A stretch of DNA of 64,000 bases from positions 434,001 to 498,000 of the forward strand of contig NC_134027.1 in the NCBI RefSeq assembly GCF_964204645.1. Reading direction: 5' to 3'. The notes beneath the pieces were generated by a model that saw only the letters and a list, made by a program, of their open reading frames with translations, had not been told where the DNA came from and ran no database searches. The translations under genes were made by a program, and so were the position numbers. Below, piece by piece: positions 12,084 to 24,200 of the stretch. Positions within the stretch are counted from its first letter, which is position 1. Every line of letters begins with the position of its first letter. The stretch comes from Tubulanus polymorphus (Eukaryota; Animalia; Nemertea).

Positions 12084-13410
12084 AGGTTAGATTGCTGTTT
12101 TTGGGTTAGATCGCTGTTTTTGTGTTAGATCGCTGTTTTTGGGTTAGATCACTGTTTTTGTGTTAGATCGCAGTTTTGTGTTAGATCGCTGTTTTAGGTT
12201 AGATCGCTGTTTTTAGGTTAGATCACAGTTTTTAGGTTACATTGCAGTATTTATGTTAGACCGCAGTTTTTTTTGTTAGATCGCAGTTTTTAAGTTAGAT
12301 CGCTGTTTTGGGTTAGATCACAGTTTTTGTGTTAGATCGCTGTTTTTGTGTTAGATTGCTGTTTTGTGTTAGATCGCTGTTTTAGGTTAGATCACAGTTT
12401 TTAGGTTACATTGCAGTTTTTGGGTTAGACCGCAGTTTTTTTGTTAGATCGCAGTTTTTAAGTTAGATTGCTGTTTTGGGTTAGATCACAGTTTTTGTGT
12501 TAGATCGCTGTTTTTGGGTTAGATCACTGTTTTTGTGTTAGATAGCTGTTTTTAGGTTAGATTGCTGTTTTTGGGTTAGATCGCTGTTTTTGTGTTAGAT
12601 CGCTGTTTTTGGGTTAGATCGCTGTTTTGGGTTAGATCACAGTTTTTGGGTTAGATCGCTGTTTTGGGTTAGATCACAGTTTTTGTGTTAGATCGCTGTT
12701 TTTGGGTTAAATTGCTGTTTTTGTGTTAGATCATTGTTTTTTGTGTTAGATCGCAGTTTTTAGGTTAGATCGCAGTTTTTGTGTTAGATCGCATTTTTGT
12801 GTTAGATCACTGGTTTTTTGTTAGATCGTAGTTTTTAGGTTAGATCGCTGTTTTGTGTTAGATCGCTGTATTTAGGTTAGATCGCAGTTTTTGTGTTAGA
12901 TCACTGTTTTTGTGTAAGATAGCAGTTTTTAGGTTAGATCCCAGTTTTTGAGTTAGATCACCGTTTTGGGTTAGATCACAGTTTTTGTGTTAGATCGCAG
13001 TATTTAGGTTAAATTGCTGTTTTAAGGTTAGATCGCAGTTTTTTGTGTTAGATCGCAGTTTTTTGTTAGATCGCATTTTTTGGGTTAGACCGCAGGTTTT
13101 AGGTTAGGTCGCAGTTTTTAGGTTAGAACACTGTTTTTCTGTTAGATCGCAGTTTTTTGTTAGATCGCTGTTTTTAGGTTAGATCGCAGTTTTTGTGTTA
13201 GATCGCAGTTTTTAGGTTAGATCGCAATTTTTTGTGTAAGATCGCAGTTTTTTATGTCGCTGTTTTTGGGTTAGAAAGCTGTTTTTGTGTTAGATTGGTG
13301 TTTTTAGGTTAGATCACTATTTTTGTGTTAGATCGCTGTTTTTGTGTTAGATCGCTGTTTTTGGGTTAGATCGCTGTTTTTGGGTTTGATCATGTTTTTG
13401 TGTTTTTGTC
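12084..13410 (+). repeat. ~19-bp satellite (gttagatcgcWgtttttRK), ~70 copies; counterpart at ~56655-59040
   Basis: Direct tandem array with variable T-run length. Confidence 0.97.
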
Positions 13411-13453
13411 AATCATCATATCAAGATTTGCAATCCCAGTTGCCTTCACGTTT

Positions 13454-13892
13454 CATATAGAGAATTAGTGGATGTGGTGTCCCTGGACCCCTACATGCAT
13501 CATATAAAGAATTAGTGGATGTGGTGTCCCTGGACCCCTACATGCATCATATAAAGAATTAGTGGATGTGGTGTCCCTGGACCCCTACATGCACCATATA
13601 GAGAATTAGTGGATGTGGTGTCCCTGGACCCCTACATGCATCATATAGAGAATTAGTGGATGTGGTGTCCCTGGACCCCTACATGCACCATATAGAGAAT
13701 TAGTGGATGTGGTGTCCCTGGACCCCTACATGCATCATATAAAGAATTAGTGGATGTGGTGTCCCTGGACCCCTACATGCACCATATAGAGAATTAGTGG
13801 ATGTGGTGTCCCTGGACCCCTACATGCATCATATAGAGAATTAGTGGATGTGGTGTCCCTGGACCCCTACATGCACCATATAAAGAATTAGT
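13454..13892 (+). repeat. 47-bp minisatellite, ~9.3 copies (~14.3 copies at 59084-59757)
   Basis: Unit catatagagaattagtggatgtggtgtccctggacccctacatgcay. Confidence 0.97.
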
Positions 13893-13963
13893 TCACTGAA
13901 CCAGAATAAGACTGACTGATATATTTTCAAATGATTTAATATTTTTACTTGTTTTTCTAGATA

Positions 13964-15178
13964 ATGCCAAAAGCCATAAAAAAAACGCGGGGCGTGGGGC
14001 CCTCAACATCCAGCCCCTATAATAAAGTAAGTACAAATTTACTGCTTCCATGCTTATTTATTCATCCAATACTTAGTATTTTGTACCCCTGGGTCCAGTT
14101 TCACAAAAAGGATTAACACCTAAATCGATTTAAGATAAACTGAATTAATGAAGAAATTAAATCGATTTAAGAGTTAAACCTGTTTGTGAAACTGGGCCCT
14201 GAATTGCATCTAGAATGAAAAAAAAGAAAAAAAAATATTGAAAATAACGTTGGTGAAATATTTCTGGATCTTTCTGGATTTCTGCTCAATGCATCGTTTA
14301 GTAAAATATCGATATTCTCTAAAAGTAAAGATATAAGAATAAAAATATTGTATTGAATCGTGATTAGTTACTGTATGCGCTGCTAGTTGTTGCCCAACCC
14401 ATAGCCTCATTTCTCTCCATTCTAAATTTGCATTGTTTAACATTGCCTGGTTGCTATGGAAACTATTTATTTAAGTTTCTTTGTGGTATCCATGGCAACA
14501 GTAACGTTTAGGTAGTGGCACCAATTATGGGTCCCAACGTTCCCATGGCGATACATGAGAACATTTATCCTATTTTTGACCTTCATGACGTAAGATGGTA
14601 GTGAGTCGATGACGTCATTTTCGTCTCACCACTAATGAAAAAAAAGGAAGAAATGGTTAGAATTACGTTTATAAAATTTTTCTGGATCGGCTAAATGTAT
14701 TGTTCCATTAAATATCGACATTCTCTAAAATCATAGGCATCAATATCAAAATGATGATACAGCAGACTCCGCTTAACTCTGTTCTATTTGGACCATTAAT
14801 TAACCGAATACCGACTTTTTAAATTTTAGGATTTTAACTTTAAGGATCAGAAAATGTGTATGCAATATCAACCGGGTACCGAGTAGGGTGGCCGAGTCTA
14901 CTGTAGTCTGCTGCCCCCTCGAATCCATTACCTTATTATCTCTCAATTTGCATTGTTTGACCTCGTCTGGTTGCTATGGAAACTATTTAGTTATATCAGG
15001 AACGGTTTTTTCGAGGTAACCAGTGGCAACATTTAACAGGCGTGTCCGTCCTAGAGATAAACTGTCTGATTTCACAGCCACATCCGTCCTGGAGATAAAC
15101 TGTTAGATAAACTCTGATTTCGCGTCCGTCCTATTTCTTGTCATTGTATGAATATGTTTTCTCTTTTATAGAGAACTC

Positions 15179-15212
<34 letters not shown>

Positions 15213-18200
15213 GCAGCAACAGCAACAAAAATTTGATATTTCTATGTCTGGGATTGACGTAAGTTATCGTAAACGCCTGTTTGAAGTCATCATTCTTGAG
15301 CTTGAAACCGAAATTTATATATATAGAATATTAAACCCTGCTTCTGCTACTGACAGGTAATGTCCGTCATACATTACTGCATCGTCAAATCTATACCAGG
15401 GTGCACCCAGCCTGATCGTTCGCATCATCACATGCAAAGGGCTGATTATTTTGGAACCCAGTTTTTATCAGCTGGAACATTCTGCACATTCGACCATATT
15501 GATTGATAGCCCGTTATAGACGAGTGGAGAAAAACTGGAAAACCAGTTCAATGTTACCTCATGGTAAACATAAGGGAATTTCAATGAGTTTAACTCACAT
15601 TTACAGAGTTTTAACGAGGTTAGACTGAATTAACCATTATTCCATCAATGGTGTGTTCTGTCCATCAAGGCTCCTCAGACGCACCGAGCAGTCAAATGCA
15701 GCAGTAGCGCGAGGGTCGGGTGTTCTCGTGTGGGCAGACGGTCCGAACCCCAAAACCATTTACTTACACTATACAAATCAGATCAGGTTTTTAACATTGT
15801 CTTTGATTGTATTTTCAGTTTCTGCCGACAACGCCGCCAAGCGGTACTTCTACGCCGGTAAGTGATAACTATTTTCTAATAAATCACGCTTATTTCAATT
15901 TGTAATTTGAAAATAGAGGGCAGTAGCTGTTTTGCATAAATTATGCTAATTAGGAATAAAATCAAATTCGATTAAGTCTCATCATCGTAGAAGTCATATA
16001 TTAATGATGCTATCTCTACAGTTGTCATTTAAATTAAGTGTTATATTTACTACTTAATTTGCTTCATGACCCAAAAGCCTCTACTATATAACTACTGGTT
16101 TTGTTCTAATCTTGGAGAATTTGCTGCAAAATTAACTTATCATTCGTTAATCAGTTTTTATCGAAAACCCGAATCAGTGATACATGCATTCATGAATATC
16201 CATCTAATATTTTGTTTTATTTTATCTTTACAGGATTTATCACCGATACAGCACGTGGACGTAAGACATTAAACATTGATCTTGAATTTTAAGTTCAAAC
16301 TAATTTATTTTTTATCTCACTCGGGACTATAGTTATTGCGTTCACTTTGCGTCCAGTTGTCTCGGCTAGTTTTTGATTTATCGTGTTGATAATTGGTTTA
16401 TATACTCAAACTACTCAAACTCAAAATATTGGCACAATTGGAATTAAGATGGCGGACTTGTATGACCATTTTTTTCCCCGGCAAAATCAGCGCTTTAGGA
16501 TCAATTCTGTTGTTGTTATATTACATTGAAATCAGAGTTTAATATATATCAGTATAGAGCAGGTTTTTGCTCTAGTTATAAATAAAGTTATAAATAATCT
16601 CATGACATGTTCTGTATATGTGTAGTGAGTTTCAATGTCTTTGGTTCCTTTTAAACCAGGGGGAGTTAAATTTGAAAATGTCAGATCGTCGAGCATTTCA
16701 GACCACTTCCAAAGTGGGTCCCTGCACCCCTAGTTATACCGTTAATATTTTAATAATACATTAATATTTTTATTTGATAGAATATATTGATATACCATAC
16801 ATTGATATCGGTCTTGTAATTGGATCAACAACCATGAGATCAAAACACAGCAAATATGAACCTGCTGTGAATCAATAGATTTGTGATAAATGTAATGAAA
16901 TTGTTATTTTTCATATTGACTTTTTGAGTTAAGGGTCTGTTGTATAAGAGTATTTGGTCTCGCGTGTCAATGTATGATATCAATCTGTTGTATTTCCTCG
17001 TTCCAATGTTTAAAAGGTGTTCGTCACCTTATATTAATATCCTCCGTGTTTAAAAACCTGTGCGTATTACTTTTACCGTTAGATGGCGCCATAAGTGTGA
17101 TATTTGATATATGGGATACCCGCAAAACCAGCTATTCCACCAGATGGCGCAACGAGTAGTAGGTCGTTCGTTGTCAAAATTAGTTCATTTTCGATGAACT
17201 TTGAACTGGTTTGAAGAAGAAATACTTTCATTCTTCTACTCTGATATCGGTTTAGTTTTCATTAATAATTGATTCATTTAAGAGAACAATTCATTCAGAT
17301 TTAATTGAAATGTACAAGAAAATCGAACGCAGACGACCAACTATTTACTAGCGACACCTGGTGGATCCTCGCCTGCCATAAGTGGAATCCTCGATTGCCA
17401 CAGTAAGACTGCGGGTATCCCATTGTTTGGCGTGTGATAAAGTAAAGTTAGAAAACGAATGTTTAACTTTGTTGTGAAATGAAAGCGTTTTGGAGATTTT
17501 TAAACCGATCAAATCAATATTTTGATATTATGCTTGAAACCCTTCCCACTCATATTCTGCTTACTAAGTATATATTCTAGTTTCCGTGGAAATCATGGTG
17601 AGTGGCGCCATCTATACAGTGGAGTTAGCTTTATAAATCGAGTATGATTCGACAAGTGGCTCCATCTATTCCCTAATACTGAAGCGAGGTAACCAGCAGC
17701 GCCCTCATATACAGGAAATGAACGCCTATCAAGTTTAACAATGCACGGTGTATTGACCACAGCGACCGGTGATAATTATATCAATGTTGATTAGCTATTG
17801 CCATAGACAGGTCCGTAGCGTTTGACTGGACCAGAACGGGGCCCCCTAACCAAAACAAATTTTGAAAACGTGCCCAGATAAATTGCCTCTGGGAGATTGA
17901 TTAACGAGGTTTTGATTGAATGAACAAATTTTAATATTTGTAAGTTTAACATTTCTGTTTTTAATTTTTCTTTGTAAGGAACTGAATTTTCGAACCCCCC
18001 TGAACCGCTTCAAGCTACGTTCCTGATATAGTGCTAGCTATACCTGAATACTTTTCTCTTATTGAAATTGTCTAAAAAACCAGCACCTTGAACTAATGAA
18101 CGTCATAATGAAAATGTTTAAAAATTCAACCGTTAATGAATTTGACTAATGTATCTTTTTTATTTTCATTTCTAGCGTCAGTTTGCCTCAGAGGCTGGGT

Positions 18201-21200
18201 CGCCGTCGCTTAATGTAAGTATCAGTGACGCCCTCAATCTCACATGCCTCACTTCCCTCCTAATGTAACCATTTTTATGAAATTCCTCAAGAAAATATAT
18301 ACTGATAATCTTAGAATACACGTTTTTGTACCCAGACCCCTTCATTCTACTGAACTACCGTGTAATCAGTACCTGTTGTGTTCATTTTCTGTTGCATTGA
18401 TTTATATATTATTTCTATTTATAGTTGTCAAACAACAGCAGCAGCAGCAGTGCACCCCTCCCGCCGGAGACGCCTCCCGACCTGCAAGCAAGAAGTAAGT
18501 TCAGTCTTCAAATACAATTTCAACGCATTCAATTTTTTGTATGGCGTTAAAACGGTTAAAGTTGTGACTAGTTTTCATAACTCCGTGACGTCAGGTGTGA
18601 GACAAAATACAATATCATATTTCCATCGAGTACCGGACCCTTTCCTATGTTTTTTGCCAATTTGGATTGAATGATCGCCAGCGGTTTTTCTATACGACCC
18701 GGCTCTGCTGTATTGCATTTAGCCATCCTTTTTCTTGGCGTTTTTTATAAGAAGGTGTTTGATTTTGTCTCTAAGGGATTTAGGAATTTAAGAGACACTT
18801 GTACTCTCTATGCAGTGAGTTTGTTCTGTTTTTGTTCCCTCGTGAATTTTATTTTTGTTTGAATCAAATCAAATCAGTGCATCTTTCTTGAATTGCGTGT
18901 ATGTTATAATATTATGTAAGTTATAACGTTAAAATATCTGTTATATTTAAACCGAATATTTAATTGTTGTATTTTGAATGCGATAATGCCGCTCCCTGCT
19001 AAAGTCCAGCGTCGTCATCGTGAGGGATGCGGTCATCTGTTCGGGCCCTGATTACGTTCTGTGTTCATCCTGTTTGGCTACATCGGGCGTTATATGAGTT
19101 AATCCTTCCTGGACTTGCGGATTGTGGTCGGAAGATCTATGGGTTCGGGCCGAGAAGTCCCAGAAACAGAAAGTACAGTTTCTGTCGATGTACCGATTGA
19201 TGTCTCTATTTCAGAAAGTAACAGCGGTCGCCAGCTGTACTAGCACGGTTGGTTTCCCAACTCCATTCTCTGAGGAGGATCGCTGGTTCTCTAGTGCCGG
19301 TCAGTCACCAGTCAATCAATGGTTCAGCTGGCATCCCAGGGTACTGAACATCCAGTCCGGTCCGGTCCAGGCATCACTGGGAACTGTACATCCAGTCTGG
19401 TCCGGTCCAGGCATCACCGGGTACTGAACATCTGGTCCGGTCCGGCAGCTTTGAGCACCAGTCCATTCCAGACATCACTGGGTACTGAACATTCAGTCCG
19501 GTCCGGTCCAGGCATCACCAGGTACTGAACATCCAGTCCAGTCCGGTCCAGGCATCACTGGGAACTGTACATCCAGTCCGGTCCGGTCCAGGTATCACTG
19601 GCAACTGTACATCCAGTCCGGTCCGGTCCAGGCATCACCGGGTACTGAACATCTGGTCCGGTCCGGCAGCTTCGAGCACCAGTCCATTCCAGGCATCACC
19701 GGGTACTGAACATCCAGTCCGGTCCGGTCCAGGCATCACTGGGAACTGTACATCCAGTCCGGTCCGGTCCAGGCATCACTGGGAACTGTACATCCAGTCC
19801 GGTCCGGTCCAGGCATCACTGGGAACTGTACATCCAGTCTGGTCCGGTCCAGGCATCACTGGGTACTGAACATCCAGTCTGGTCTGGTCCAGGCATCACT
19901 GGGAACTGTACATCCAGTCCGGTCCGGTCCAGGCATCATCAGGTACTGAACATCCGGTCTGGTCCGGTCCAGGCATCACCGGGAACTGAACATCTGGTCC
20001 GGTCCGGTCCAGGCATCACTGGGAACTGTACATCCAGTCTGGTCCGGTCCAGGCATCATCAGGTACTGAACATCCGGTCTGGTCCGGCCAAGGCATCATC
20101 AGGTACTGAACATCCGGTCTGGTCCGGGCGGCCTGGCATCAATGTTTCGAATTTGAAACATAGTTATTATGGCTCTAGGTTTGGTAGAGGGCGCTATTCT
20201 ACCAGACGCAGGAGTAAGGTCACCTTCACTGATATCGAGGATGGATCGAGAGATTATGATTGATTCTGTAGGAACCATCATCATTCATCAGTTCACGTCG
20301 AGGGACTGTTTAGGAAGTTCATGTCTTTCACGTCGAGGGACCGTTTAGGAAGTTCACGTCTTTCACGTCTAGGGACCGTTTAGGAAGTTCACGTCTTTCA
20401 CGTCGAGGGACCGTTTAGGAAGTTCACGTCTTTCACGTCGTGGGACCGTTTAGGAAGTTCACGTCTTTCACGTCGAGGGACCGTTTAGGAAGTTCACGTC
20501 TTTCACGTCGAGGGACCGTTTAGGAAGTTCATGTCTTTCACGTCGAGGGACCGTTTAGGAAGTTCATGTCTTTCACGTTGAGGGACCGTTTAGGAAGTTC
20601 ACGTCTTTTACGTCGAGGGACCGTTTAGGAAGTTCATCTCTTTCACGTCGAGGGACCGTTTAGGAAGTTCACGTCTTTCACGTCGAGGGACCGTTTAGGA
20701 AGTTCATGTCTTTCACGTCGAGGGACCCTTTAGGAAGTTCATGTCTTTCACATCGAGGGACCGTTTAGGAAGTCGTCACAATAATCGGGATTTCCGTGAT
20801 TTCGAAAGTAAGATGTTATTGTCATTGTAAGCTACCGCAGTTACAGGTAAGCCTATTCTTGATTGCCCGGTTAGAAGTTCAGTTATTCGGAATTCTGACT
20901 CTGAATTTCTGAGGGGTAGCATCTGATTTCAACGAGGATCTAGTTCCTGCAGCAATAAGCTTCGGGTTGCCGCTCACAACGGAAGCTCATAACACGGTTA
21001 GCCATGCCTGCAGGGGATATGCTATTTTTTACCCCTCAGCCATAGGACGCAAGGGGTAAAAAATCACTTATGTCCGGACGGGTGGGCTGTTTGTTTTTGA
21101 CATATACAGGTCATCCAAGATGGCCGCCACAGCCATTGCAATGTGTTAAATAGCCATTTGAAGCTTGTTATCGCTCTACAGACTTAAGTTTTTCATTGAT

Positions 21201-24200
21201 TTTCTTGTGACTTGGTTTGTTTGTTTGAGGTGTGAGATGGATGAGCCCTATTATTTTTGACATATATAGGTCATCCAAGATGGCCACCACGGTTGTTTTA
21301 ATGTGAGAAATAGCTATATTTTGGAGCTTGTTTTCCACTGTACAATCTACAGTTTTATACTGATTTTCTTATCACGTGCTATGTGGATTGAAGGCATAAG
21401 GATCGATGAACTCTACTGTGTTTGATGTGTGTAGGCCACCACAGTTATATCAGTGTCTTGAATAGCCGATTTGGAGCTTGTTACTGCTCTAAGATGTAGA
21501 AGCTTAGAGGATTATAATTTTATTCATACTTGTACTGTGGTTTATTTATGGTGGTCAGAGGATGAGCCCTATTACAATTTTGCATTCTCTACTTGACTCA
21601 CTGGTCAAGGGTTAATATCTAGTTTGTTAAATGTGGAGAAACTCGTGCTAAGTCCTCGGCAGGTCCCCATGTCGGTGAATCACCACCACCCCCACCCCCC
21701 GGACTTTGATCTCAATATTTTGCGTGAATCGTCAGCAGTTTCAAGAGAATGGGCTCGATTAGGTGTGGAACAATTGGAATCCTCGAATGCCACAGTCGAA
21801 CCTAGAGTATTAAGAGCTCAATTAGGTTCGTCTTTGCGTCTCTTCTCCGGTTGGAGTGCTCCAGTTTTGACCAAACGGAGGAATATTCGAGAGGTGCAGA
21901 TTCAAGTCAACCATGCGGACTCCGTGAAAGAAGCGTTCTGGTCCAGCTCCAGCTCCGACAGCTGAAGGTTCAGCTCCGGCTCCGACAGCTAAAGGTTCAG
22001 CTCTGGCTCCGGCAGCTCAAGGTCCGGCTCCGGCAGCTCAAGGTCCGGCTCCGGCAGCTCAAGGTCCAGCTCTGGCTCCGGCCGCTCAAGGTTCAGCTCC
22101 GGCTCCAGCTCCGGCCGCTCAAGGTTCAGCCCGAACTCACACAATGCCATCTCAAGCATCTTACTTTCTCAAGCGGCTACTGGTGGTTGGAGAACAAGTG
22201 CACAGCTCCAACATTCTCGTGCCCCTTCTGGTCAGAATAATTCTAATTCATATCACTAAAAGGAGCTCTTCCTCTCGGAGAAACTCAAAATGAATGCTCG
22301 GGGCCAGTGAGAGGTTGTCTGCAGCAGGCAGCCACTGGTCCGTCGGTCCCGGGTCGTATCGCGGAGGCTACTGTCTTCAATTCTGAACACCTCTCGACAT
22401 GCGCCCGAAAGCAGATCAGGAGACACTAATCTCGTCAGCTCTCAAAGATCTGGCCAAAAAGAGAGCAATAGAACCAGTACGCGACGAAGCCACATCCGGC
22501 TGGTTTTCATGAAAATTTATGCTCCTGAAAACCACAGGGCGTCGATGGTCTGTCATTCCTCGAGCGGCACCTGGATATCCCGAGGCTTCCGATGACTAAA
22601 ACAGGGAGGTAATTCAAGGTCTCCGTCGAGGTTAATGGGCGGCTGCATTGGACCTGAAAGATGCATATTTTCAGGTTCCTGTTCACCCGAAATCCTGTCA
22701 ATTTTACAGAATAAAAGTTGAAAGGCTGCCAGTTCCAGTTCAGGTCTCTTCCAATCGGCCTCAGTACAGCCCACGCCCTGGGTATTTACCAGCTTGGGTC
22801 AAGTCCAGAAGGTACATTACAGTCCAGGGCTGGGTTTCATAGATATGGAAGAAAAATAATTCCAGGGAACATTTTGAAATTTGTCAATTATAACCATGGT
22901 TTCTCATTGTTAGTATGGTGGTTGTTACCAAGATTGAGGATTTACCCCTAGGGATAACTTTAAATACTCAGTCTATGAAACCGGGTCCTGGAGTATTTGT
23001 CTGTTGGTTTACCTCGACGACTGGTTACTAGTACCAAACTCGACTATAGAATGTCAGGAGGCGGTGACCGCTGTCGTAGACTTAGTTCACCAGTTCCGGG
23101 TAAACTAAGTAAAATCTCACTGGATGCCGTCCCAACAGTTCACATCTCCGGATCAGCACGGTCTTTCCGTCCATGGCTCGAGTAGCCAAACTTCAAGAAG
23201 CGTAGTTACCACAAACGAGAGGACAGCTAGTTATCGGTGACGCCTGTGGCTAAATGCAATACCGCAGTGCCAGGGATCGTATCTCTGGCTATCTACACAT
23301 TCAGAGAATATTAACTAAAACCATAGGAAAGGGTCAAGCACTACTCCGAAAAAAAACAAATTTTATTTCCAAAAAATTATGATATTATATGGATTGCATG
23401 CTGTGTGGAGAAGTTTTCAAAATTATTTAGGAGCTTATTATAATTTGAATGCATGAATTGAGAGCAATTTGAAATGTGTTGATATCCGAAAGTGTCTCCA
23501 TTGACTTCACTCATTCACCTGATGAAGCTTCTATACATTAGTACCCAAAGCTTGTGTGTCAAATAAACTAGTTACACGTCCTATAAAGTATTACTTGTCT
23601 CGTTATATATTCTAAACCCCAGTTAAAAATTCCAGTAAGTGAGGTTTAGGGAATAGATATTTAAACCTTCAGATGAAACCGATGTGATACAATTCCAGTA
23701 AGTCAGGTTTAGGGAATAGATATTTAAACCTTGAGATGAAACCGATGTGATACAATTCCAGTAAGTCAGGTTTAGGGAATAGATATTTAAACCTTGAGAT
23801 GAAACCGATGTGATACAATTCCAGTAAGTCAGGTTTAGGGAATAGATATTTAAACCTTGAGATGAAACCGATGTGATACAATTCCAGTAAGTCAGGTTTA
23901 GGGAATAGATATTTAAACCTTGAGATGAAACCGATGTGATACAATTCCAGTAAGTCAGGTTTAGGGAATAGATATTTAAACCTTGAGATGATACCGATGT
24001 GATACAATTCCAGTAAGTCAGGTTTAGGGAATAGATATTTAAACCTTCAGATGAAACCGATGTGATACAATTCCAGTAAGTCAGGTTTAGGGAATAGATA
24101 TTTAAACCTTGAGATGAAACCGATGTGATACAATTCCAGTAAGTCAGGTTTAGGGAATAGATGTTTAAACCTTGAGATGAAACCGATGTGATACAATTCC

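Larger units (their letters stand above)
1..18121 (+). repeat. Large segmental/tandem duplication, copy 1 (left edge lies outside the window)
   Basis: Sequence from base 1 (acgtgatgttttgaaa) recurs at 44385 (offset 44384). ORF-track peptides repeat nearly identically, e.g. 2804 and 47188. Confidence 0.98.
18611..23386 (+). mobile_element. Decayed, internally deleted DIRS1-like retrotransposon in intron 6 of the orphan gene
   Basis: Inverted terminal remnants aatatcat..gaccctttcctatg (18611-18649) and cataggaaagggtc..atgatatt (23322-23386) enclose a Cys-rich gag start and RT motifs. Confidence 0.8.

Noticed and set aside
21851-22240. Leucine-zipper-like ORF (LRQLKVQL)n
   Set aside because: Translation of a GC-rich repeat inside the dead DIRS element.
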